A DNA stretch of 32,000 bases. Source: Okeania sp. GTDB lineage: Bacteria > Cyanobacteriota > Cyanobacteriia > Cyanobacteriales > Microcoleaceae. Positions 19,854-26,955 of the stretch are shown in pieces. The stretch covers positions 1 through 32,000 of the forward strand of contig NZ_JAYKGW010000183.1 in assembly GCF_035285525.1 (NCBI RefSeq), written 5' to 3'. The notes under the pieces were generated by a model that saw only the letters and a program-made list of their open reading frames with translations, was not told the DNA's origin and ran no database searches. The position numbers and the translations under genes were made by a program. How positions within the stretch are numbered: position 1 is the stretch's first letter; every line of letters starts with the position of its first letter.

Positions 19854-19989
19854 TAATTACCAAAAGTTAATATGAAAAATGATAGAGTAGAAAGAATAAT
19901 TTTCTAGTTAGGGTGGCTACAAAATATTATAACCTTTTAATATTAATAGCTATTCCCTGTTCCCAGTTAAGTGTTCCCTAAATAAGAAA

Positions 19990-20769
19990 ATGACACAAAT
20001 AAAAACAGAAAAAACTGATACACTAATAGATGCTAATATCGGAATTATTGCTACAGATGTTCATAAATGGTATAGCAATAATTTTCATGTTCTCCGTGGA
20101 GTAAGTCTCACAGTTAAACGTGGAGAAGTAGTAGTAATTATGGGTCCGAGTGGCTCTGGTAAATCAACTTTTATCCGTACCTTTAATGCTCTAGAAGAAT
20201 TTCAAAAAGGTAGCATTATTATTGATGGTATTAACTTATCCTACGATTTGAAAAATATTGAGACTATTCGACGGGAAGTGGGGATGGTATTTCAACAGTT
20301 TAATTTGTTTCCTCATCTCACAGTTTTGCAAAATGTTACCCTCGCTCCCATTTGGGTACGTCGATGGCCGAAAGCTAAGGCCGAAGAAGTGGCAATGCAA
20401 CTTTTGGAAAGAGTAGGTATTTTGGAACAAGCGAAAAAATTCCCTGGTCAACTTTCCGGAGGTCAACAACAAAGGGTAGCGATCGCTCGTGCTTTAGCAA
20501 TGCAGCCCAAAATTATGTTATTTGATGAACCGACTTCAGCATTAGACCCGGAGATGGTACGGGAAGTTTTGGATGTGATGCGGGGTTTAGCAGAAGATTC
20601 AGGAATGACGATGGTAGTGGTGACTCACGAGGTAGGGTTTGCACGGGAGGTAGCAGATAGAATAGTGTTGATGGCGGATGGGTTATTGGTAGAAGAAGCG
20701 ACTCCAGATGAATTTTTCCAAAATCCCAAAGAAGAACGTACCCGGAAGTTTTTGTCACAGATATTGTAG
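19990..20769 (+). CDS. bgtA: Amino-acid ABC transporter ATP-binding protein (GlnQ/AapP family; BgtA-like)
   Basis: 259 aa. Walker [11 protein letters not shown]-loop, signature [15 protein letters not shown], Walker [14 protein letters not shown]-loop VTHE. Confidence 0.9.
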   Translation: MTQIKTEKTDTLIDANIGIIATDVHKWYSNNFHVLRGVSLTVKRGEVVVIMGPSGSGKSTFIRTFNALEEFQKGSIIIDGINLSYDLKNIETIRREVGMVFQQFNLFPHLTVLQNVTLAPIWVRRWPKAKAEEVAMQLLERVGILEQAKKFPGQLSGGQQQRVAIARALAMQPKIMLFDEPTSALDPEMVREVLDVMRGLAEDSGMTMVVVTHEVGFAREVADRIVLMADGLLVEEATPDEFFQNPKEERTRKFLSQIL

Positions 20770-20849
20770 AGAAATCTGTGGTTAGTTGAAGATGATTATG
20801 ACTGGGTGGATAGTCGTCTTTATATCTAGAGAAATTTTTTAGTTTGATG

Positions 20850-20892
20850 GCGATCGCTTTTTAGGAAATAGGAAAGCGATCGCATGGTTTTT
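20850..20892 (+). terminator. Intrinsic terminator downstream of bgtA built from two HIP1 sites
   Basis: An 11-bp perfect stem, GCGATCGCTTT (20850-20860) / AAAGCGATCGC (20873-20883), with a 12-nt loop, followed by ATGGTTTTTA. Confidence 0.6.
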
Positions 20893-21003
20893 ATTACAGC
20901 AACTAAACCTGAGTATAGTTGAACTTAGGGGCGATATTAAATAAAGTGCTACAATATTTATTAATTTCAATAATAATGAAGTGTACTGATAACTGAAAAA
21001 CTA

Positions 21004-21643
21004 ATGAAAAAAACCCAAATACAGATACCCACAGATACTTGGATAACAGCAACCTGGCAAGAATATATCCAAACTATTGACGATCCTAGTTACGAAAAAG
21101 CCAAAAGTTATTACCACAACGGACAATTTAGAATCGAAATGCCACCAGCAAACAAGCAAAGTAAAGACCATATAGTTATTACTACCATAGTTAACTTATT
21201 TGCAATGGCAAATAAAGATTAAGGTAGATGGCAGAAATGAATGTATTTATCGCAAAACAGGACTTCGAGCAGCTCAACCAGAGGCTTCCTTTTATTTTAG
21301 AGAAAATGCAGATGTAGTTTCTTGGGAAGCATCTATTGTTGACTTAGATATTTATCCTCCACAAAATTTAGTTATAGAAGTTGCCAATACTTCCCTTTCT
21401 GATGATAAAGGGGAAAAGCGTTTGCTGTATGAAGCCATGAATGTTGCTGAATATTGGATAGTTGAGGTACAGAAGCTAGAAGTTATTGCTTTTGCTATTG
21501 CTAATGGAGGTAGCAAAAGAATTAACCAGTCTCAAGTTTTGCCTGGTTTAGCAATTTCTTTATTAGAGAAAGCACTGCAACGTACTCGTCGAGAAAATCA
21601 ACTGGAAACTTACACTTGGTTATTCAGTCAGTTTCAGTCGTAG
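21004..21643 (+). pseudogene. Uma2-family (DUF820) putative restriction-type endonuclease, split by a +1 frameshift near 21200-21222
   Basis: ORF 21004-21222 (..YYHNGQFRIEMPP...) and ORF 21200-21643 (..YRKTGLRAAQPEASFYF..PPQNLVIEVANTSLSDDKGEKRLLYEAMNVAEYWIVEV...SQVLPGLAISLLE) together give a complete Uma2 architecture. Confidence 0.75.
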
Positions 21644-21717
21644 AGTTGGCGCTTGGTGGAGCGTTGGCGAAGCAAGTGCGGCAGCTATATCGCTAATTCT
21701 GAAATCATACCCTATTT

Positions 21718-21745
21718 GTAGAGAGCGAATGGAACTCGCCTCTAC
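21718..21745. terminator. Hairpin between the convergent Uma2 pseudogene and the adh gene (possible bidirectional terminator; also a member of a dispersed GTAGAG...CTCTAC hairpin repeat type)
   Basis: GTAGAGAGCGA-atggaac-TCGCCTCTAC. The stem was read directly. No strong U-tract follows. Confidence 0.35.
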
Positions 21746-21763
21746 TGTGCCGAAATGAAAACT

Positions 21764-22789
21764 CTATTCCGCAGTTAAAACAATCCGATAACGAGCTTTG
21801 TTTGCTAATACCTTATCTATTGCTTCATTAATTTGAGAAATAGGCATAGTTTCAATCATTGGTTTAATTTGATGAACTGCTGCAAATTCTAACATTTCTG
21901 TCATAAAACTCCGACCACCAACTACACTACCAGCGACTGCTTTTTGCTCGAAAACTAAAGGTAATAAAGGTATATTTAAGGTGGAAACAGGAAGCCCAAG
22001 TAAACAGAAAACACCATTCTTAGCTAATAAACCAAAAGCTTTATCCCAATCAACTTCTGATGAAACAGTGCTAAGCAGTAAATCTACACTACTACTAGCT
22101 GCTGCGATTTCTTCTTCACTTTTCCAATTACAAAAATGATGCGCTCCAAATTCTTTGGCTTCTGCTTCTTTATCCGGTGAAGTAGAAAAAGCAGTCACCT
22201 CTGCTCCCATTGCTCTAGCAAATTTAATGGCTAAATGTCCTAATCCTCCTATTCCTATTACTCCTACTTTTGTGCCAGGATATTTGACATAGGTGCGCAG
22301 GGGAGTATAAACTGTGATTCCAGCACAAAGCAATGGTGCTGCACTTGCAGAATCTAAACCATCAGGTATTTTGTAGGCAAAATCAGCAGGAGCGCGTAAC
22401 TTGTCAGCAAACCCCCCATGATTTCCCACAATTAAACCTGTGTAACCTTTACGACAAACATTTTCTTCTCCTCGTAGACAAGCATCACAGACTCGGCAAG
22501 AATTACGAATCCAACCAAAACCGACGCGATCGCCAATTTTCAGAGAGGTTACATCTGCACCTACTTGAGTAACATTTCCGACTACTTCATGGCCAGCAAC
22601 TAGAGGAAAACTACTCACTTCCCAGTCATTGTCTCTCATGTGAATATCAGTATGGCATAAACCATTATGGGTGACTTGAATTTCTATGTCATTAGCACTT
22701 AAAGGCTTAGGTTCATATTCCCATTGTTTGAGTTTTTCACCTACTTTCAAAGATGCGTAGGCTGTAAATGTTTCAGTAGTGGACATCAT
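21764..22789 (-). CDS. Zn-dependent NAD(P) alcohol dehydrogenase (cinnamyl-alcohol dehydrogenase / YahK / AdhA-like MDR)
   Basis: 341 aa. GLCHTDIH, GHEVVG, structural-Zn Cys cluster C..C..C.......C, and Rossmann motif GIGGLGHLA. Confidence 0.9.
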   Translation of the reverse strand: MMSTTETFTAYASLKVGEKLKQWEYEPKPLSANDIEIQVTHNGLCHTDIHMRDNDWEVSSFPLVAGHEVVGNVTQVGADVTSLKIGDRVGFGWIRNSCRVCDACLRGEENVCRKGYTGLIVGNHGGFADKLRAPADFAYKIPDGLDSASAAPLLCAGITVYTPLRTYVKYPGTKVGVIGIGGLGHLAIKFARAMGAEVTAFSTSPDKEAEAKEFGAHHFCNWKSEEEIAAASSSVDLLLSTVSSEVDWDKAFGLLAKNGVFCLLGLPVSTLNIPLLPLVFEQKAVAGSVVGGRSFMTEMLEFAAVHQIKPMIETMPISQINEAIDKVLANKARYRIVLTAE

Positions 22790-23078
22790 AAGTTTCCGTG
22801 TGAAAAAATTATTACTATTTATATTAACTCTAGATGTTCCCTATCTCCCTAATATCACCTTCTTTAATTAAGGTTTGTTAAAAAAGTCTTTTTGCCCTTG
22901 GTAGGGAAGAGTTAGAAATAATGACTATTATACCAAACATTAAACTTTATATCATACTATAAAATAGTGAAAAAATAGCCCCATATTCACCATTCCCTCT
23001 ATCCACCTAATTTTATAGTTCCCAAAGCGATCGCCAACTTAAATAAATTGACTAGCATCATCAAAAATGGGTGAGTTT

Positions 23079-23225
23079 AAAAAATGTGTTAAATTTCCTG
23101 TTTGGGAATATAATTAGGGTAAATTTGTGAAAAAATTACAGATATACTGCTTTAGCTATTATTGAAGTTTTCTGCTGATTGAATTCAGTGTCGGTAACTA
23201 TTTATTATTTAAAGAAACTGTCACT
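23079..23225 (+). repeat. Decayed duplicate of the promoter, leader and first ~18 codons of the AAA-ATPase gene (partner copy 23476-23622, offset 397 bp)
   Basis: The two ~147-bp stretches are near-identical. In the upstream copy the start codon reads CTG instead of ATG and a stop follows after ..KETVTF. Confidence 0.85.
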
Positions 23226-23482
23226 TTTTAATTACTGAAAATATTCTTTAATCAGCAAAATTAACTTCTTTTATCAATTAACTCATCAGGATAGAAAAGT
23301 ACACCCTAATTAAACTATAAGAAACTACTAGGTGCTAAAGTATTCGGAGAAGTTAGTTAAAAACAGCCCAAATATTGTCTAAGATGGATTTGCTATAACC
23401 AAAACCCTGAACAGTAGGGCCGAATGACATTTCCTCCTAGTGTAGTCTAGCGAGCTGTAATTAGTTTCTACTTATAAAAAAT

Positions 23483-23511
23483 TTGTTAAATTTGCTATTT
23501 AGGAGTATAAT
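23483..23511 (+). promoter_or_regulatory. Sigma-70-type promoter for the AbiL-like operon
   Basis: TTGTTA (23483-23488), a 17-nt spacer, then TATAAT (23506-23511), about 57 nt upstream of ATG 23569. The duplicated copy has GTGTTA-17-TATAAT. Confidence 0.5.
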
Positions 23512-23568
23512 TAGGGTAAATTTGTGAAACAAACACAGATATACCACTTTAGCTATTCTTGAACTTTT

Positions 23569-24858
23569 ATGCTGATTGAATTCAGTGTCGGTAACTATTT
23601 ATCTTTTAAAGAAACTGTCACCTTGAGTATGGTGGCGACAAATGTTAGTGCCAAGAATAAAAGTGTTGATGAAAATAATGTTTTTGATGTTGATGAAGAG
23701 TTAAGTTTGCTCAAAAGTGTTGCTGTTTATGGTGCTAATGCTAGTGGCAAAAGTAATTTGATTAAAGCAATGGCTTTTATGCGTTGGTTTGTGCTTAATT
23801 CATCAAAAGAAACTCAGATAGAAGATGCTATTAATGTGGAAGAGTTTAAATTAAGTACGGAGACTGAGGGAAAGCCTTCTTATTTTGAAATAGTCTTTAT
23901 TTTAGAAAATAAATTATATAGATATGGTTTTGAAGTAGATGAAAAACAGGTTATTTCTGAGTGGTTATTTTATGTACCAAAAGTAAGAGAAAGTAAGTTA
24001 TTTGAACGGGATGAAAATGGTATCAAGATTCCTACTAAGATTTTTCAAGAAGGAAAATTAATCATAGATAAGACGAGAAATAATGCACTTTTTCTTTCTG
24101 TAAATGCTCAATTTAACGGCAAAATTTCTACAAGTATTTTGCGATGGTTTATGGATTTGAATATAATTTCAGGATTACATAGTGATTTATATAAAAGAGT
24201 TACAGTTCAATATTTTCAACAACATAGTGAATATAAAAACGAGATTATTCAATTTATTAGACAATGGGATTTAGGTATTGATAATATTGAAATTGACACA
24301 ATAAATATTTTACCAGAACAATTTTCTCAAATTTATTCAGAAGAATTTAGAAAACGTATGAGCGATGTAGGAGTGCAAGCTGATGAAATTCAAACATATC
24401 ATAAAAGATATGATTCTAAAGGTAAAATAGAATCTATAGTAATATTTGATTTTGAAGAAAATGAGTCAGATGGTACTCAAAAATTATTTGCTTTTGCAGT
24501 ACCAATTTTGCAGAGTTTAAAAAATGGAGAAATTTTAATAATAGATGAACTTGATGCTAGATTACATCCCATAATTAATCGTACAATAATCGAGCTATTT
24601 AACTCTAATCAAACTAATCCTAAAAATGCTCAACTAATTTTTACAAATCATGATACTAACTTACTTAATAGTAAGATGTTCAGATTAGACCAAATATGGT
24701 TTACAGAAAAAGATCGGCAAGGAGCAACCGATTTATATTCTTTAGTTGAATATGAAATTAAAAACGAAGAAATTTTTAAAGATGATTATATTAAAGGTAG
24801 ATATGGAGCAATACCTTTTCTTGGAGATTTAACCGAATTATTTGAAAAAAATGGGTAA
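23569..24858 (+). CDS. AAA_15/AAA_21 (ABC/SMC-like) ATPase, AbiLi/RloA-like defence component
   Basis: 429 aa. FSVGNYLSFKE N-terminus, Walker A GANASGKSN, Walker B/D-loop ILIIDELDARLHP, and a C-terminal ..IKGRYGAIP tail typical of this ATPase family. Overlaps the start of an RloB-domain gene. Confidence 0.8.
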   Translation: MLIEFSVGNYLSFKETVTLSMVATNVSAKNKSVDENNVFDVDEELSLLKSVAVYGANASGKSNLIKAMAFMRWFVLNSSKETQIEDAINVEEFKLSTETEGKPSYFEIVFILENKLYRYGFEVDEKQVISEWLFYVPKVRESKLFERDENGIKIPTKIFQEGKLIIDKTRNNALFLSVNAQFNGKISTSILRWFMDLNIISGLHSDLYKRVTVQYFQQHSEYKNEIIQFIRQWDLGIDNIEIDTINILPEQFSQIYSEEFRKRMSDVGVQADEIQTYHKRYDSKGKIESIVIFDFEENESDGTQKLFAFAVPILQSLKNGEILIIDELDARLHPIINRTIIELFNSNQTNPKNAQLIFTNHDTNLLNSKMFRLDQIWFTEKDRQGATDLYSLVEYEIKNEEIFKDDYIKGRYGAIPFLGDLTELFEKNG

Positions 24859-25501
24859 AAAAAAAGCATCTGGTAAAAATCATCAAAATTCTCGGAATGA
24901 GAAAAGTAAATATGCTCGCTCAAGAAATGAAAAAGTAAAAACACGAAAAGCAAAAGAGCGTTTTTTAATAGTTTGTGAGGGCACAAAAACTGAACCAAAT
25001 TATTTTAAAAGTTTTCCTGTTCCTAAAGATGTAATTGAAGTTGATGTACTAGGTGTTGGTAAAAATACGATTAATTTAGTTGAAAAAGCTCTAAGAATCA
25101 AACAAGAAGATGGTGATTACGATAGAGTTTGGTGTGTATTTGACAAAGATTCGTTTCCACCAAAAAATTTTAATGCAGCAATAAAATATGCCGAAGATAA
25201 TAATGTTGAAGTCGCATATTCTAATCAAGCTTTTGAAGTTTGGTACTTGTTACATTTTGACGATCCTTATATCCCAAAGTCTCGCAAAGACTATGAAAAA
25301 CTTTTAACTAAAAGGATGAATCAAAAGTATGAGAAAAATAGCAATGAAATGTACAAAATGTTGCTTGATAGACAACCTCAAGCAATTAAGAATGCAGAGA
25401 AGTTATTAAAACAATATAATCCACCTAATCCTGCTAATGATAATCCTTCCACAACAGTACATTTATTAGTTAAAGAACTGAATAGATTTGTTCGTAAATA
25501 A
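24851..25501 (+). CDS. RloB-domain protein (AbiLii-like), partner of the ATPase
   Basis: ERFLIVCEGTKTEPNYFKSF ... VWCVFDKDSF ... VAYSNQAFEVWYLLHF matches the RloB family signature. ATG 24851 overlaps the ATPase stop by 8 nt. The tracked ORF uses TTG 24842. An A9 run (24857-24865) lies in codons 3-5. Confidence 0.8.
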   Translation: MGKKKASGKNHQNSRNEKSKYARSRNEKVKTRKAKERFLIVCEGTKTEPNYFKSFPVPKDVIEVDVLGVGKNTINLVEKALRIKQEDGDYDRVWCVFDKDSFPPKNFNAAIKYAEDNNVEVAYSNQAFEVWYLLHFDDPYIPKSRKDYEKLLTKRMNQKYEKNSNEMYKMLLDRQPQAIKNAEKLLKQYNPPNPANDNPSTTVHLLVKELNRFVRK

Positions 25502-25596
25502 GTGTAGCGATCGCCTTTCTCATTATTCTCTCAATTCACTTAACATTTTCATTCTCTGAGAGCTACCTATAAAAAAAATTGGAAAGAAAATAAAGC

Positions 25597-25625
25597 TTGC
25601 ATTCTCGAATCAAATCTGATAGTAT
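25597..25625 (+). promoter_or_regulatory. Promoter-like element, repeat copy 1
   Basis: TTGCAT (25597-25602), a 17-nt spacer, then TAGTAT (25620-25625). Confidence 0.45.
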
Positions 25626-25631
25626 TATGTT

Positions 25632-25740
25632 ATTGGGGTAAACTCGCCTATATACTAGACTTTTTATTCAACTCAAGAAGTAAGGACGATTTCCCATAGG
25701 GAATGCTGCGACCCAATCGCGAATCGCCCCTAGATTTTTA
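25632..25740 (+). ncRNA. Candidate sRNA, unit 1 (~109 nt; predicted from promoter and terminator only)
   Basis: The predicted TSS is ~7 nt after TAGTAT. The terminator hairpin spans 25679-25733 (arms AGTAAGGACGATT / AATCGCCCCTAG) and is followed by ATTTTTA. No ORF. Confidence 0.3.
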
Positions 25741-25920
25741 CCGTGACTAAATTTGGCAATTTTAATAATGTCCGCTGGCACTACATTTATTAGTTAAAGA
25801 ACTGAATAGATTTGTTCGTAAATAAGTGTAGCGATCGCCTTTCTCATTATTCTCTCAATTCACTTAACATTTTCATTCTCTGAGAACTACCTATAAAAAA
25901 AATCGGAAAGAAAATAAAGC

Positions 25921-25949
25921 TTGCATTCTCCAACAAAATCTGATAGTAT
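25921..25949 (+). promoter_or_regulatory. Promoter-like element, repeat copy 2
   Basis: TTGCAT (25921-25926), a 17-nt spacer, then TAGTAT (25944-25949). Confidence 0.45.
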
Positions 25950-25955
25950 TATGTT

Positions 25956-26065
25956 ATTGGGGTAAACTCGCCTATACACTAGACTTTTTATTCAATAAAA
26001 GAAGTAGGGACGATTCGCGATTGGGTAGGAGCATTCCCGTTTGCGAAATCGCCCCTAGATTTTTA
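25956..26065 (+). ncRNA. Candidate sRNA, unit 2 (~110 nt)
   Basis: Same architecture as unit 1. The hairpin spans 26003-26058 and is followed by ATTTTTA. Confidence 0.3.
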
Positions 26066-26245
26066 CCGTGACTAAATTTGGCAATTTTAATAATGTCCGC
26101 TGGCACTACATTTATTAGTTCAACAACTGAACAGATTTGTTCGTAAATAAGTTGAGCGATCGCCTTTCTCACTATTCTCTCAATTCACTTAACATTTTCA
26201 TTCTCTGAGAGCTACCTGTCAAAAAAATCGGAAAGAAAATAAAGC

Positions 26246-26274
26246 TTGCATTCTCGAATCAAATCTGATAGTAT
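26246..26274 (+). promoter_or_regulatory. Promoter-like element, repeat copy 3
   Basis: TTGCAT (26246-26251), a 17-nt spacer, then TAGTAT (26269-26274). Confidence 0.45.
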
Positions 26275-26280
26275 TATGTT

Positions 26281-26368
26281 ATTGGGGAAAACTCGCCTAT
26301 ATGCTAGACTTTTTATTCAACACAAAAAGTAGGGACGTTTCATGGAACGTCCCTACTGTGGTTTATTC
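26281..26368 (+). ncRNA. Candidate sRNA, unit 3 (~87 nt)
   Basis: Same promoter. A perfect 12-bp stem, AGTAGGGACGTT (26328-26339) / AACGTCCCTACT (26346-26357), with a 6-nt loop, followed by GTGGTTTATT. Confidence 0.3.
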
Positions 26369-26414
26369 AAATGAAAATCGCTATAAGTCATCTAACGATT
26401 TATGGCTCAAAATA

Positions 26415-26780
26415 CTATCTAGCTACAGGAAGCAATAATTCGTTGGCGGGAGCGCCCCGTGAAACTTCTTCCCACTGGGGAGCGATGGGAGCGTATTTAC
26501 AATAACAGATGACGATGCGGGTATCGGTGTCAAAACTGGCAAACTTTTCGACCCGCGTTACTATCCAATCTCCTTCTCTGGCATGAGTAATAGCATCTTG
26601 GTCGTCAGTTTTATAGGCACGAGTACGATCGCCTATTTCGGGAATCGTCGGATTTTCTTCAGCGCTCCAGTTTTCTTCTAAAATGTCAGTTAGACTTTGA
26701 CGAGGCATCAGTATTCGTTCTTCCCATCCATGTTCGCTCATACCTTCTGTTTTATAAACTATCCAGGTTTCAGTTGTCAT
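26415..26780 (-). CDS. Hypothetical protein (121 aa from ATG 26780), third gene of a three-gene operon
   Basis: MTTETWIVYKTEGMSEHGWEERILMPRQ... GAGGA lies 8 nt upstream of ATG 26780, and the ATG overlaps the stop of the preceding gene by 11 nt. By eye the GC content is higher than the surroundings. No family confidently recognised. Confidence 0.6.
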   Translation of the reverse strand: MTTETWIVYKTEGMSEHGWEERILMPRQSLTDILEENWSAEENPTIPEIGDRTRAYKTDDQDAITHAREGDWIVTRVEKFASFDTDTRIVICYCKYAPIAPQWEEVSRGAPANELLLPVAR

Positions 26781-26949
26781 AGCGGTTATCCTCAAAAGTT
26801 GTTTGTTCTCCCTCAAAGACGCAATCGACTTTGAGGATTTTGTCTTTATTTGGGCGGACTTCTACAAGTTTCCAGCCATATTTCTGCTCCATCTCCCGAC
26901 ATTTTGCGGGATCGGTGGCAGAGTGAATATTTTTGCTATTTTTAGACAT
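26770..26949 (-). CDS. Hypothetical small protein (59 aa from ATG 26949), second gene of the operon
   Basis: MSKNSKNIHSATDPAKCREMEQKYGWKLVEVRPNKDKILKVDCVFEGEQTTFEDNRYDN. It starts 6 nt after the stop of the upstream gene and overlaps the downstream gene, which indicates translational coupling. Confidence 0.5.
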   Translation of the reverse strand: MSKNSKNIHSATDPAKCREMEQKYGWKLVEVRPNKDKILKVDCVFEGEQTTFEDNRYDN

Positions 26950-26955
26950 CAAGCT

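Larger units (their letters stand above)
25458..26368 (+). repeat. Tandem direct repeat, period 324-325 bp, ~2.8 copies (starts at 25458, 25782, 26107); copy 1 begins inside the last 14 codons of the RloB gene
   Basis: Copies were aligned by eye and are near-identical over ~230 bp. Each contains the gene tail, a HIP1 site, a promoter-like element and a hairpin. Copy 3 ends at the hairpin and lacks the last ~95 bp of the unit. Confidence 0.9.

Noticed and set aside
23345-23430. 25-codon minus-strand mini-ORF (MSFGPTVQGFGYSKSILDNIWAVFN*) between the two copies of the ATPase promoter duplication, preceded by GGAGGAA.
   Set aside because: The SD-like string is only 2 nt from the ATG, which is too close. 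There is no conservation evidence available. It could equally be a fragment of a lost gene.
24857-24865. The A9 homopolymer at the start of the RloB gene as a dedicated phase-variation switch.
   Set aside because: It is not rejected outright, but it is down-weighted. A8-A9 and T8-T9 runs are frequent in this AT-rich window (for example 18043-18050, 18112-18119, 25571-25578 and 4565-4573), so the tract alone is weak evidence.
25972-26172. 66-aa minus-strand ORF within the tandem repeat.
   Set aside because: Its N-terminal half is simply the antisense of the duplicated RloB tail. Its sequence changes completely between repeat copies because of the flipped 40-nt module (..GAIRDWVAAFPMG.. in copy 1 versus ..GAISQTGMLLPN.. 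in copy 2). It has no SD. It is an artefact of the repeats.
25458-26368. Considered whether the regular repeats downstream of the RloB gene are a CRISPR array, an integron cassette array, a DGR template/variable repeat pair or a retron ncRNA.
   Set aside because: The period is 324 bp with no short repeat/unique-spacer alternation, so it is not CRISPR. There is no integrase and the hairpins are perfect palindromes rather than attC-like bulged sites. Differences between copies are not adenine-specific and no reverse transcriptase gene is in the window, so it is neither a DGR nor a retron.
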